A stretch of DNA of 62,463 nt, counting the filler. It is 8 parts of 8 records of this genome, joined end to end, with 100 filler letters (N's around TTAATTAATTAA, not from the genome) between each part and the next. Parts side by side here need not be neighbours in the genome. Positions count along the whole stretch, not along the records: positions 33,765 to 41,821 come from SRR31156797_56121; positions 41,922 to 47,746 come from SRR31156797_56150; 6 more parts are not named here. The stretch is one strand, 5' to 3'. The position numbers and the translations under genes were made by a program. Shown here in pieces: positions 37,240-47,846 of the stretch. The notes beneath the pieces were generated by a model, which saw only the letters and a program-made list of their open reading frames with translations, had not been told where the DNA came from and did not search any database. Positions within the stretch are counted from its first letter, which is position 1. Each line of letters starts with the position of its first letter.

Positions 37240-38346
37240 GTGAATTTACCATTTGCCGATAAGCGGCTTGAGGCCATTGCCTCTAAACTTCAGAACGGAA
37301 CCCGTCTTTCAAGGGAGGACGGGCTTCTTCTTTTTGAGACCCGGGATCTTACCGGTGTGGGGCTGCTGGCCGACACCGTCAGGAGAAGGCTTCATGATGA
37401 CAAAGCTTATTACGTATACAACCAGCACCTGAACTACACCAACATCTGCAAGAACCGGTGCAGGTTCTGCGCCTATGCCGTGGATCGGCAGGACAACGGC
37501 GCCTACACCTGGTCCATGGATGAGATCGAACAGCGGCTCCGGGACCGTATTGACGAGCCGGTCAACGAGCTTCATATCGTGGGCGGGCTCAACCCGGCCC
37601 TTGATTTCGATTATTTCATCAATCTGCTGAAGACCGTGAAGCGGGTGAGGCCCAATGCCAGTATCAAGGCCTTCACCTGTGTGGAGATTGATTATCTGTC
37701 CGGCCTGTCCGGCCTGTCCGTGGAGGAAACCATCGGGGCCCTCAAGGATGCCGGCCTGGACATGATGCCTGGGGGCGGGGCCGAGGTGATGAGCGACCGG
37801 GTCTGGAAAGCGCTTTTTCCAAAGAAGATCGATTCCAAGCGGTGGCTGACCATCATGGAGGCGGTCCACAAGAGCGGGCTCACCTCCAACGCCACCATGC
37901 TCTACGGTCACATGGAAACCCTGGAGGAACGGGTGGACCATCTGCTGAAACTCAGGGAACTCCAGGACAGAACCCACGGCTTTTCCGCCTTCATTCCCCT
38001 GGCCTTTCATTCGGCAAACACAGAGCTTGACCACCTGCCGGCGACAACGGCCATGGATGATCTCAAGAACATCGCCGTGGCAAGGCTGCTGCTGGATAAT
38101 TTCGACCATATCAAGGCCTATTGGGTGATGATCGGTGAAAAACTTGCCCAGGTGGCCCTTTCCTACGGGGCCGACGACCTTGACGGCACCATCATCGAGG
38201 AGCGGATCACCCACACGGCCGGGGCCACATCGGCCAAGGGGCTGACCCGGAAAGCCATGGAGCGCATGATCCGTGCATCCGGCTTTGTGCCGGTTGAGCG
38301 GGATTCATTTTACAGACCAGTCAGTGCGGGGCAGGAAGAGTCATGA
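37240..38346 (+). CDS. mqnE: Aminofutalosine synthase (radical SAM)
   Basis: NYTNICKNRCRFC, ELHIVGG, PGGGAE, SNATMLYGH, FIPLAFH, HIKAYW. Confidence 0.92.
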   Translation: MNLPFADKRLEAIASKLQNGTRLSREDGLLLFETRDLTGVGLLADTVRRRLHDDKAYYVYNQHLNYTNICKNRCRFCAYAVDRQDNGAYTWSMDEIEQRLRDRIDEPVNELHIVGGLNPALDFDYFINLLKTVKRVRPNASIKAFTCVEIDYLSGLSGLSVEETIGALKDAGLDMMPGGGAEVMSDRVWKALFPKKIDSKRWLTIMEAVHKSGLTSNATMLYGHMETLEERVDHLLKLRELQDRTHGFSAFIPLAFHSANTELDHLPATTAMDDLKNIAVARLLLDNFDHIKAYWVMIGEKLAQVALSYGADDLDGTIIEERITHTAGATSAKGLTRKAMERMIRASGFVPVERDSFYRPVSAGQEES

Positions 38347-39413
38347 CGAGCCGGAAAATCAGTGTGAACGACGTTGTTGAAAAGATCATCGCCAACCAGC
38401 GGATCACCGAGGCGGAGGGGCTCGTCCTGTACCACGACGCAGACCTCCTGACCCTGGCGCGGCTGGCTGAAAACAGGCGGTTTGAGCTTCATCCCGAGCG
38501 GGTGGTCACCTTTGTGGTGGACCGCAATATCAACTATACCAACATCTGCCTTTCGGGGTGCCGCTTCTGCGCCTTTTACAAGACCCCGGAGAGCGGCCAG
38601 GGATATGTGATCTCAAGGGAGGCCCTGTCTGACAAGATCCGGGAGACCATTGAGCTCGGCGGCACCCAAATTCTTCTTCAGGGCGGCATCAACCCGGATC
38701 TTTCCCTGGATTACTATGTGGACCTGCTGAAGTTCATCAAGGAGAACTTCAAGATCCATGTCCATGGATTCTCACCGCCGGAGATCTCCTATATCGCTGA
38801 ACACGCCGGCCTGTCCATTGCCGATACCATCACGACCCTGCGGGAGGCGGGACTCGACTCCATCCCCGGGGGCGGCGCCGAGATCCTGAGCGATGAGATC
38901 CGGACAAAGGTTTCCCCAAACAAGTGCCTGACAGATGCCTGGCTCGAGGTGATGCGCCAGGCCCATCTCCAGGGAATGCGGTCCAGCGCGACCATGATGT
39001 TCGGCCACCTTGAGGAGCCCCGTCATATTTTCGAGCACCTTTCACGGATCCGGGCGCTCCAGGACGAGACCCATGGCTTTACCGCCTTTATTCCCTGGAC
39101 CTTCCAGCCGGACAACACAAAGATCACCGTGACAAAGACAGGCTCCGTGCAGTATCTGCGGGTGCTTGCCATCAGCCGCCTGTTCCTTGACAACATCGAC
39201 AACATCCAGGCTTCCTGGGTGACCCAGGCGGACAAGATCGCCCAGACAGCGCTCTTCTACGGCGCCAACGACATGGGCAGCACCATGATCGAGGAGAATG
39301 TGGTGGCTTCCGCCGGGGTGGATTTCATGTTGCCCGAGTCCGAGCTGAAGCGCCTGATCGAAACCGCCGGGTTTGAGCCCAGACAGCGGGATTGCTTTTA
39401 CAATCTCCTATGA
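38343..39413 (+). CDS. mqnC: Cyclic dehypoxanthine futalosine synthase (radical SAM)
   Basis: DRNINYTNICLSGCRFC, ILLQGG, SATMMFGH, FIPWTFQ, NIQASWVTQ, GANDMGSTMIEENVV. Confidence 0.92.
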   Translation: MTSRKISVNDVVEKIIANQRITEAEGLVLYHDADLLTLARLAENRRFELHPERVVTFVVDRNINYTNICLSGCRFCAFYKTPESGQGYVISREALSDKIRETIELGGTQILLQGGINPDLSLDYYVDLLKFIKENFKIHVHGFSPPEISYIAEHAGLSIADTITTLREAGLDSIPGGGAEILSDEIRTKVSPNKCLTDAWLEVMRQAHLQGMRSSATMMFGHLEEPRHIFEHLSRIRALQDETHGFTAFIPWTFQPDNTKITVTKTGSVQYLRVLAISRLFLDNIDNIQASWVTQADKIAQTALFYGANDMGSTMIEENVVASAGVDFMLPESELKRLIETAGFEPRQRDCFYNLL

Positions 39414-40594
39414 ACCGGCGATTAAAGGGCTTAAAAATCATTCAAAATTCCGGGGCCCCGGCCGTCCACAGGGCGGGCCGGGTCCTGGTATCTCCGTGGC
39501 GCATCATTGAAAACGGTTTTGTCCGGGTGGAAAACAACCGGGTGGTCGAGGTGGGAAGCGGCGCTTCCGGCACCCATGTCATCGACCATGGCCCGGGCGT
39601 GCTCATGCCCGGATTTGTCAACGCCCATCTGCACCTGGAACTTACGGCCCTCAAGGGGGGTGTCCCCTTTGACAGGGGGTTCCAGGCCTGGGTGGCCGAG
39701 CTGCTGGTGAAACGCGAGGCCCTTGGAGAGGGGGGCCTCAAAAATGCTGCCGGGACCGGCATCGACCAGGTCCTGGCGTCCGGCACCCTGGGCATCGGGG
39801 AGATATCCACCCTGGGGATCACCCGGGATATCTCGGAAAAATCAGGGCTTTCGGGTGTGTGGTTCCAGGAGATGCTGGGATCGGCCCCCGGTCCCTTTGA
39901 TTTTGCCTGTGATGCCAGGGGGGACCTCAGCTGCTCCCTGGCCGGTCATGCGCCCCACACCTCATCCCCGGAACTGCTGGCCGGGCTGAAGAAACGGGCG
40001 ACCGCAAGGCGGCTTCCTTTTTCCATTCATGTGGCTGAATCTTCGGACGAATCCCGGTTCCTTGAAACCGGCCGGGGCGACTGGGCGGATTTCCTGACCC
40101 TCCGGGGCATCGATTTCTCTTCCTGGCCCCTTCCGGCGGTAAGTCCCGTTGACTACCTTGACCGGCTCGGCATCCTGGATCCCCTGACCGTGGCGGTCCA
40201 CCTGCTGCGGGTGGATGACAGGGATATGGATATCCTTAAGCGCCGGGGGGCGAAAACCGTTGTATGCCCCAGGAGCAACCTCAACCTCCACAACCGGCTG
40301 CCCGATATCCAGCGCCTCCTTGACCGGGGACTGACCCCCGGCCTTGGCACGGACAGCCTTGCCAGCAACGACTCCCTGAGCATGGCGGACGAGATGGCCT
40401 TTGTCGCACGCAACTATCCGGGCCTCTCCCCCAGGGATATCCTTGCCATGGCAACCGTTTACGGGGCCGCGGCCCTGGGGCTGGAGAAAACCATGGGAAC
40501 GCTTTCGCCCGGAAGGGCAGGGGCGTTTCTCTACCTGCCGGTGGAGGCATCTACTACTGAAACTTTATTGGAAACCATTACAGGTCATGAATAA
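39410..40594 (+). CDS. Amidohydrolase, probable aminodeoxyfutalosine deaminase
   Basis: PGFVNAHLHLE, HAPH, HVAES, CPRSN, GTDSLASN. ATGA-coupled between mqnC and mqnA. Confidence 0.8.
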   Translation: MNRRLKGLKIIQNSGAPAVHRAGRVLVSPWRIIENGFVRVENNRVVEVGSGASGTHVIDHGPGVLMPGFVNAHLHLELTALKGGVPFDRGFQAWVAELLVKREALGEGGLKNAAGTGIDQVLASGTLGIGEISTLGITRDISEKSGLSGVWFQEMLGSAPGPFDFACDARGDLSCSLAGHAPHTSSPELLAGLKKRATARRLPFSIHVAESSDESRFLETGRGDWADFLTLRGIDFSSWPLPAVSPVDYLDRLGILDPLTVAVHLLRVDDRDMDILKRRGAKTVVCPRSNLNLHNRLPDIQRLLDRGLTPGLGTDSLASNDSLSMADEMAFVARNYPGLSPRDILAMATVYGAAALGLEKTMGTLSPGRAGAFLYLPVEASTTETLLETITGHE

Positions 40595-41420
40595 CGATAC
40601 ACTTTTTATGGGGCGGATGGATTACATCAATGCCTCCCCTGTCTATTACGGGCTCAACAACGGGCTTGCGCCTTCCTGGATTAAGATGACCGACGGGCCC
40701 CCCGCGGTGCTTAACCGCATGATTCACCAGGGCGAGCTTGCCATCAGCCCCATCTCCTCAGCCTTCTACGGCCTTCACCACCGGGATCTCCTGGTGCTGC
40801 CCGATCTCTCCATTTCCTGCCGGGGCCCTGTCCTGAGCGTAAACCTCATGGGTAACCACCCCATTGAGGAACTTGATAACAAAAAGGTGGTGCTCACCGA
40901 GGACTCCGCCACATCGGCCCTGCTGGTCCGGCTGATCTTTGCCGAGCAGGGGATCTCCCCTGAGTTTTCCACCCATCGCATGCGTTCCCCCGGGGATATT
41001 CCGGAAGGGACCGACGCGGTGCTGGTGATCGGGGATGCCGCCCTGACCCAGCCCTGGGATGCCCATTTCAAGTATCGCCTGGATCTCGGGGAACTCTGGC
41101 ACCGGACCACGGGACTGCCCTTTGTCTTTGCCCTCTGGGTGGTGAGGAGGGATTATGCCCGCAAGTATCCGGAAAAGGTGAGCCGGGCCCTGGCCCTGTT
41201 TCACCAGTCAAGGCGCCAGGGGTACGATAACATCGATACCGTCATCGACAGGGGCGTGGCCAAGCTCAAGCTTTCCCGCGCTTTGATCGAGGAATACTAT
41301 GAAGTGCTCCATTGCAACCTGGACGAAGAGAAGATCTTTGCCCTGGAACGATACTTTGAGGGCCTGTACAATCACGGACTCTTCACCGACAGGGTCAAGG
41401 TGGAGCTGTTTCAGCCCTGA
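40587..41420 (+). CDS. mqnA: Chorismate dehydratase
   Basis: YINASP, PAVLN, G.VLSV, SATS, LVIGDAAL, DLGELW...TGLPFVFALW. Confidence 0.92.
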   Translation: MNNDTLFMGRMDYINASPVYYGLNNGLAPSWIKMTDGPPAVLNRMIHQGELAISPISSAFYGLHHRDLLVLPDLSISCRGPVLSVNLMGNHPIEELDNKKVVLTEDSATSALLVRLIFAEQGISPEFSTHRMRSPGDIPEGTDAVLVIGDAALTQPWDAHFKYRLDLGELWHRTTGLPFVFALWVVRRDYARKYPEKVSRALALFHQSRRQGYDNIDTVIDRGVAKLKLSRALIEEYYEVLHCNLDEEKIFALERYFEGLYNHGLFTDRVKVELFQP

Positions 41421-41821
41421 CAGGCGAACAGGGGCTGATCGCACGGCTTCATCAATCCGGCCTGTTCCGCCTTCTGGAAGAACGCGCGGATGGCGGCTTC
41501 TCCTTCCCGGCCCACATGGGATGAGAAATCGTTGACATACAGGTTGATGTGCTCCCGTATCACCCGGTCGTCCAGTTCCTGGGCGTGCTTCTTTATATAC
41601 TCCCGGCCGGCTTCGGGGTGGTCGTTTGCATGATCGATGCTCCTTTTTATGAGGGCTTCAACCCGTGCCGCAAGCTGTTCGCCCAGTTCGCGTTTGACAG
41701 CGATGCACCCCAGGGGAATGGGAAGTCCGGTCTGCTCTTCCCACCAGGCGCCAAGGTCGGAGATGCAGGAGAGCCCCATGGTTTCATAGACAAACCGGCC
41801 CTCGTGGATGATCACCCCAAG
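41411..41821 (-). CDS. mqnD: 1,4-dihydroxy-6-naphthoate synthase, C-terminal part
   Basis: GVIIHEGRFVY, DLGAWWE..TGLPIPLG, AQEL...VI..HI.LYVN.FS. Confidence 0.9.
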   Translation of the reverse strand, partial: LGVIIHEGRFVYETMGLSCISDLGAWWEEQTGLPIPLGCIAVKRELGEQLAARVEALIKRSIDHANDHPEAGREYIKKHAQELDDRVIREHINLYVNDFSSHVGREGEAAIRAFFQKAEQAGLMKPCDQPLFACQG

Positions 41822-41921
41822 NNNNNNNNNNNNNNNNNNNNNNNNNNNNNNNNNNNNNNNNNNNNTTAATTAATTAANNNNNNNNNNNNNNNNNNNNNNN
41901 NNNNNNNNNNNNNNNNNNNNN
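41822..41921. other. Artificial contig linker 5
   Basis: N44-TTAATTAATTAA-N44. Confidence 0.99.
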
Positions 41922-42136
41922 AGGAAGCGGCGGACTTGGCCGAGGACCTGGCGGCCGGCATGCTGGGAACGACCTTGGGGCTGGAGGTCGATCCCGACAA
42001 GGCGTGGTCGGAAAAGGAGCAGGTCTATAAGTCTACGGGTTTGATCATTCGCACGTCCAACGTGACGCAGGCGGCCCGGGGCCAGAAGGATTTGTGGACG
42101 ACGACCGTGGCGGTTGCCATGTTCCTATTCGATTGA
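41922..42136 (+). CDS. Pyruvoyl-dependent arginine decarboxylase, C-terminal part
   Basis: AEDLAAGMLGTTLGLEVDPD...NVTQAA.G...WTTTVAVAMF resembles the AaxB/PdaD C-terminus. Directly upstream of agmatinase. Confidence 0.8.
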
Positions 42137-42139
42137 CCG

Positions 42140-42994
42140 ATGCCAAGGACCGCAAATTTTGGGGCTTTGCCGCCCGAGCATTCCAATTCCGACGACGCGC
42201 GGATCGTGGTGATTCCCGTTCCTTACGACGGAACGAGCACCTGGGTCAAGGGGGCCGACAAAGGGCCGCAAGCGATCATCGAGGCCTCCGCCAATCTTGA
42301 GTTCTACGATATTGAGACGGATTCGGAAGTCTACCGGCAGGGCATCTTCACCGATGCTGTCGTCGAGGCGGGGCCCTCTCCCGAGCGCATGGTGGCCGCG
42401 GTCGAGCAGAGAGTTCGAGACCACCTGGCCCGTGAGAAATTCACCGTTGTGGTAGGTGGGGAGCATTCTGTGAGCATCGGGGCCGTCTGGGCCCACGCGG
42501 CCTACTGCCCCGATATAACGGTCCTCCAACTCGATGCCCACTCCGACCTCAGAGATGAATATGAAGGCTCTCGGTTCAACCATGCGTGCGTGATGGCCCG
42601 GATCAAGGAACGCTGCCCGATCATTCAAGTCGGCATCCGGAGTATGGATATCTCGGAGAAGCCTTCGGTTGACGCGGATCGCATCTTCTTCGCCAAAGAT
42701 ATTGCCGGCCGAGCGGAGTGGATCGATCGGGTGATTGACAGACTGACCGAGAAGGTCTACGTGACCATAGATTTGGATGCTTTCGATCCGGCCGTAGTAC
42801 CGGCCACCGGGACCCCCGAGCCGGGCGGATTACTGTGGTACGAGGTCATGGGCTTGCTGAGGCGCGTGTGTTGTGAGCGGACCGTCGTGGGCTTCGATGT
42901 AGTCGAACTCTGCCCGGCCCCCGGCAACTGGGCTCCCGAATTCCTGGCGGCCAAGCTCATCTATCAGTTCTTGAGCTATCGATTTCAAGCCTGA
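42140..42994 (+). CDS. speB: Agmatinase
   Basis: PYDGTST, GGEHS, DAHSDLR, HAC, GIRS, DLDAFDP, GTPEPGG, DVVEL. Confidence 0.92.
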   Translation: MPRTANFGALPPEHSNSDDARIVVIPVPYDGTSTWVKGADKGPQAIIEASANLEFYDIETDSEVYRQGIFTDAVVEAGPSPERMVAAVEQRVRDHLAREKFTVVVGGEHSVSIGAVWAHAAYCPDITVLQLDAHSDLRDEYEGSRFNHACVMARIKERCPIIQVGIRSMDISEKPSVDADRIFFAKDIAGRAEWIDRVIDRLTEKVYVTIDLDAFDPAVVPATGTPEPGGLLWYEVMGLLRRVCCERTVVGFDVVELCPAPGNWAPEFLAAKLIYQFLSYRFQA

Positions 42995-43149
42995 CATCGA
43001 CACGACTTTTTTGCTTACGAGGGGTTTACGGGCTATAGACAGCCCCCCTCCGTGGACGATAACAGAGTCAGAGAGCGGCCTATCGCTAGTGCGCCGCTCG
43101 GCGGCCAGCGAGGCCGCATTCTTGGCCCGATTCCTGCGGGAGAGTGACT

Positions 43150-43656
43150 ATGAAGAGGACAGTGGTAGGGGCAATGTCGGTCGGTGCATTCTTGGTCCTG
43201 ACCATGGGGCTGCTCAATTTATCGGGCTGCGCAGACGGTGGCCTGGAAGAAGCAGAGCAGGAGGTGCGAGATGCCAAGAAGAAGGTCAGTACGCTCGAGT
43301 TCAGTCTCGCCCAGGCCCAGCAGCAGATAACGGACTTGAAAGACGAGCTGAACGTGGTCCGGGAAACCCGTGACGAACTACAGAAGCAAGTCGACCAACT
43401 GGTTCCGGAACGGGATGAGGCTCGTGTCCTGGCCGAGGAGGCCACGCAGGTGATCACGCATCTGAGCACGCGGGCGGAGGGCCAGACGAGCACGACGGCA
43501 TCCCTGCAGAAAGAAATCGCGGATTTGAAGGCCCTGGTGGCTGACCAGGCGGCCCTGATCGAAGAGCTGCAGAAGGGTGTTGCCGAAGCGCCCGATTTGG
43601 CGGACGTGCCTCTGGGTGACGAACCGCCGGTGGCCGATCCCAACGCGGGTTTCTAG
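43150..43656 (+). CDS. Coiled-coil lipoprotein of unknown function
   Basis: Lipobox LSGC after a hydrophobic stretch, then about 110 aa of heptad repeats. Confidence 0.7.
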   Translation: MKRTVVGAMSVGAFLVLTMGLLNLSGCADGGLEEAEQEVRDAKKKVSTLEFSLAQAQQQITDLKDELNVVRETRDELQKQVDQLVPERDEARVLAEEATQVITHLSTRAEGQTSTTASLQKEIADLKALVADQAALIEELQKGVAEAPDLADVPLGDEPPVADPNAGF

Positions 43657-44948
43657 GGGTCTGTCCTGCCGAGGAGGGGCCTGCTTTTGCTTCGGTCTCC
43701 ATGCTTGACGGGACAACTCTCCCGTTGATGATAGAAGACGACGATCTTGTCGTTGGGGATATCGAATCCCTCTGATTTCATCGCGGCCCGGATATGCGGC
43801 ACCATTTCCTGATCGATGACCCATTGCTGTTGCGGCCAGACGGCCAGATGGAGCCGCAGGAAATGCGCGCCGCTCGCCAATGCAATTTCGCCCAATCCCT
43901 TCGGGCTCGAAAGAATGATGTCCTGGAACTGTCCCGCAATCTCCTGGGCGGTTCGTTCCAGGATGTCGGTTGCTTTCTCGGCGTTGGTTCCAGGGACCAC
44001 GGCGACATCGAGGTACACCTGCTGGGCGCCTCGGATGTAGTTGCCCACCACCGCGATGTTGCGATTGGGTATCACCACGCGCTGGCCCAGGTAGTTCCGC
44101 AGCCGGGTCATGCGCAAGCCCAACTCTTCGACAATCCCCGTGTGCGGCGGGATCTCCACCATGTCACCCACGTTGAACTGCTCCTCGAACACGATGAAGA
44201 ACCCCGTCACCATGTCCTGCACCAGCCCTTGTGAACCGAAGCCGATCGCCAGGCCGATCACGGAAAGCGAGGCGAAGTACATCGTGTAGTTGACGCCGAG
44301 CTCCGTCAGGATGAACCCGATGGCCAACAGGTAGAGGACGTACTTGGAGATGTTGAGCACCAGTGAATAGATCGTCATCGTCCGCTTCTTGTGACTGCGG
44401 TAGACGAGCTTCAGTGGGCCCCATTTCGAGTAGACGATCAGGTGCATCACGGTACGTACGAGCCGGACCGCTGCCAGACAGATGGCCACCACGAGAACGA
44501 TCAGGGCGATCCGCCGCATTCTCGTTTTCAGGGACGACAGAGACCAGTTCGCTCGCCAGTGGCCTGACTCGCCGAATCGGGATACCTTGGTGAATTTGAC
44601 TTGTCCGGCCAGATCCCCGCCGGAGAGGGTCAGTTCCTTTCCGTTCAGTCCGAACTGGTAGACGACTGCGCTATCGTCGGTTTGCAGCGCGAGCGTATTG
44701 CCTGCAACGCGGTACGCTCCGTTCTTCGAACCGATCTGGAACCGCCCGTCATTGTGGAATTCCAGCCAGCGCCGGATCGATCCAATCTCGCAGGACCAGT
44801 GCCCCTCCAGGGAAGCCTGAATCGCCTGGAGCTGTTCATCTCCTATAATTGTCGGGCTTGGGGTGTCCTCTGTCGCTCCCGTGCAAACGGCGATTGCCAG
44901 GCCCGCGACAACAACGGCAATGAGAACAGCGGCACGCAAAGCGGACAT
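43653..44948 (-). CDS. MscS family channel with an N-terminal exported beta-domain
   Basis: IGLAIGFGSQGLVQDMVTGFFI, FNVGDMV, G.VEELGLRMTRLR, IPNRNI. Confidence 0.88.
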   Translation of the reverse strand: MSALRAAVLIAVVVAGLAIAVCTGATEDTPSPTIIGDEQLQAIQASLEGHWSCEIGSIRRWLEFHNDGRFQIGSKNGAYRVAGNTLALQTDDSAVVYQFGLNGKELTLSGGDLAGQVKFTKVSRFGESGHWRANWSLSSLKTRMRRIALIVLVVAICLAAVRLVRTVMHLIVYSKWGPLKLVYRSHKKRTMTIYSLVLNISKYVLYLLAIGFILTELGVNYTMYFASLSVIGLAIGFGSQGLVQDMVTGFFIVFEEQFNVGDMVEIPPHTGIVEELGLRMTRLRNYLGQRVVIPNRNIAVVGNYIRGAQQVYLDVAVVPGTNAEKATDILERTAQEIAGQFQDIILSSPKGLGEIALASGAHFLRLHLAVWPQQQWVIDQEMVPHIRAAMKSEGFDIPNDKIVVFYHQRESCPVKHGDRSKSRPLLGRTDP

Positions 44949-45207
44949 TTCTTCCGACCCTATATCAAGATATCAGGCAGCACTCTCATAGATTCGGCCT
45001 GCATTCTACGGGGACCTCCCTGCAAGTACCAGCAAGATTCCGTGGGTTCGGACCCAGTCACGTCAGGTCGGCCGTTGGATCAGATTCCTCTTGCATGTCC
45101 TCGGTGGCCCGGTAGCATGAGAAGAGACGCATGTGGCCGCGACCGTGATCGGGGTCGTAACGACGATGCTGGTGGCGTAGGACAACCTTGTCAGGGAAGG
45201 CAGTGGC

Positions 45208-46290
45208 ATGTCGGACATTCTGAACGTGGACAACTGGCAGAGCGGGGCGCTATTCTTGGGAGGCATGGCCGTTGTTGTGGGTCTTGCCTGGGTGTGTCAC
45301 TATGTGATCTTCCGCGTCCTGGCCGGTTTCGCCAAGCGGACCCCCTCGGCAGCCGATGAGTTGATCGTCAAGCATTTCCGTCGGCCTGCGCGTTGGATCA
45401 TGGTCGTCATCGCCGTGCGGCTAAGCCTGGATCCGTTGGGATTGCCCGCGGGTCTAACGGATTCCACCAAGACCGTCTTCGGCATCGCGCTGATCGCTCT
45501 GGTGTCCTGGCTGCTGATCAATTTGACGTTGCTGCTCAGCGATATCATCGTTCTGCGTTTCAAGGTCGATGTCAAAGACAACCTTCGAGCACGCAAGATC
45601 CACACACAGCTCAGAGTGTTGCGGCGCATTATCATCATCGTGATTGTCATTATTGCCTCGGCCTCCATTTTGATGACGTTTCCGAGGATCAGACAGTTGG
45701 GGACGGCCATTTTGGCTTCGGCCGGCATCATTGGTATCGTGGTCGGCCTGGCGGCCCAGAAGACCATCGGGACGTTCATTGCCGGTTTGCAGATCGCCTT
45801 CACGCAGCCGATTCGCCTGGATGATGTGGTCATTGTCGAGGGCGAGTGGGGTCGCATCGAGGAGATCACGCTGACCTATGTGGTCGTCCGGATCTGGGAC
45901 CTGCGTCGTCTCATTGTTCCAATCACCTATTTCATCGATACCCCTTTCCAGAACTGGACGCGGGTCTCGGCCGACATCCTGGGGACGGTGTTCCTCTACG
46001 TGGATCATACGGTGCCGATCGAAGCGATCCGAGAAGAGTTGCAGCGGATTCTGGAGGGCTCCGAGTGGTGGGACCGGAAGGTCTGTGGTCTCCAGGTGAC
46101 CAACACGTCCGATCGCGCGGTCGAGCTTCGGGCCCTGATGAGTGCCGAGGATGCGTCGCTGGCCTGGAACCTCCGCTGCCATGTGCGGGAGAAGCTCGTT
46201 GACTTCATCCGCAAGAATTACCCGCACGCGCTGCCCAGACTGCGGGCCGAGTTGGACAAATCTCCAAACTTCTCCACCGAGTCTTCGTAG
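45208..46290 (+). CDS. MscS family mechanosensitive channel
   Basis: LASAGIIGIVVGLAAQ, AFTQPIRLDDVV.VEGEWGRIEEI, WDLRRLIVP, PFQNWTR. Confidence 0.92.
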   Translation: MSDILNVDNWQSGALFLGGMAVVVGLAWVCHYVIFRVLAGFAKRTPSAADELIVKHFRRPARWIMVVIAVRLSLDPLGLPAGLTDSTKTVFGIALIALVSWLLINLTLLLSDIIVLRFKVDVKDNLRARKIHTQLRVLRRIIIIVIVIIASASILMTFPRIRQLGTAILASAGIIGIVVGLAAQKTIGTFIAGLQIAFTQPIRLDDVVIVEGEWGRIEEITLTYVVVRIWDLRRLIVPITYFIDTPFQNWTRVSADILGTVFLYVDHTVPIEAIREELQRILEGSEWWDRKVCGLQVTNTSDRAVELRALMSAEDASLAWNLRCHVREKLVDFIRKNYPHALPRLRAELDKSPNFSTESS

Positions 46291-46418
46291 TGACATGCTG
46301 TGATAGAGCAGGCATTGGACGGATGGTTCCAGGTGTGAGCCACGTCAGCGACAGTACTTGAGGTGCCGCGCCGGCCATGTGTTCCTGCAAGGACGTTGTC
46401 TCCCACGGAAGCTCGACG

Positions 46419-47746
46419 ATGTGGTTTGCGGCTCAAGATAATCTCACGGATGACGAGGTCGAATCTGCCCTCCGTTATGTCATCAAGGATGGGATCGCCT
46501 CTCAGGCGATGGGGATTCTGACTGGCGGTGCCTTTCTCGTAGCCTTCGCGATTGAACTCGGCGCCTCCAACTTCGTGATCGGGCTCATCGCGGCAGTCGG
46601 GCCTCTGACCCAGTTGATTCAACTACCCGCGATCTTACTCGTGGAGAGGGTCCGCAACCGGCGGGCCATTGTCGTTCTGACGGCGGGCCTCAATCGGGTC
46701 TGCTGGCTGGTCGTTGCCGTGTCTCCTTTTGTGGTGGGTCCGCGGCTGGGGCTCGTGGTGGTGCTCGTGGCGATGGCGATGGCGTCGGCATTTGGGGCCA
46801 TTTCCGGATGTAGCTGGAGCTCCTGGATGCGCGACCTGATTCCGCAGAACATCCTGGGCTCCTTCTTTGCCAAGCGTCTGAAACTGGCCACTATTGTTGG
46901 CGTAGCGTTGAACTTGGGCGCGGCGTTCTTTCTCGATCACTGGAAGGGGGCCCGGCCCGACCATGCCATCCAAGGTTATGCGCTACTCTTTCTGGTGGGC
47001 GTGGCCATCGGGGTCCTGGGGGTCATCTATCTAGCGAGGACCCCGGAGAGGAGGATGCCCAGAGTTGAGGGCAGGCCTCGCATCATCGCGCTGCTGGTCC
47101 AACCTCTTCGTGACGAGAATTTCCGCAAGCTCATTGCTTTCATGTGTTCGTGGAACTTCGCCGTCAATTTGGCCGGGCCGTTCTTCATGGTCTACATGCT
47201 CAAACGTCTGGGGCTGAGCATGTCGTTTATCATCGGCCTGTCAATCCTCAGCCAGGTGGTCAACTTTGCCTTCCTCAATATCTGGGGCCGATACACCGAC
47301 CGCTTCAGCAACAAATCCGTGCTGGCGATCTGCGGCCCGCTCTTTATTGTCTCCATCCTGGCCTGGACCTTTACGACGATGCCGGAAAAATACTTCCTGA
47401 CGATTCCATTGCTGATTGTGATCCATGTTGTCACGGGGATTGCCTCGGCCGGCATCGCGCTGGCCAATGGCAACATCGGACTCAAACTCGCGCCGGCAGG
47501 GCAGGCGACCGCCTACCTGGCGACCAACACCATTGCGAACTCGCTCGCGGCCGGTATAGCGCCTGTCCTCGGGGGGAAGTTCGCCGACTGGTTCATCGGG
47601 CACGAGTTGGCCTGGAACCTGACCTACAGGAGTCCCACATCCGAATTCAGTCTGCCGACCTTGAATCTCCAGCAATGGGACTTCTTCTTTGCCTTGGCCT
47701 TCATCATCGGTGTATACTCGCTCCATCGCTTGGCCATGATCAAGGA
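46419..47746 (+). CDS. MFS transporter, 3' truncated
   Basis: Multiple TMs, WSSWMRDLIP...GSFFAKR, WNFAVNLAGPFF.VYML, WGRYTDRFSNK. Confidence 0.85.
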
Positions 47747-47846
47747 NNNNNNNNNNNNNNNNNNNNNNNNNNNNNNNNNNNNNNNNNNNNTTAATTAATT
47801 AANNNNNNNNNNNNNNNNNNNNNNNNNNNNNNNNNNNNNNNNNNNN
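47747..47846. other. Artificial contig linker 6
   Basis: N44-TTAATTAATTAA-N44. Confidence 0.99.
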
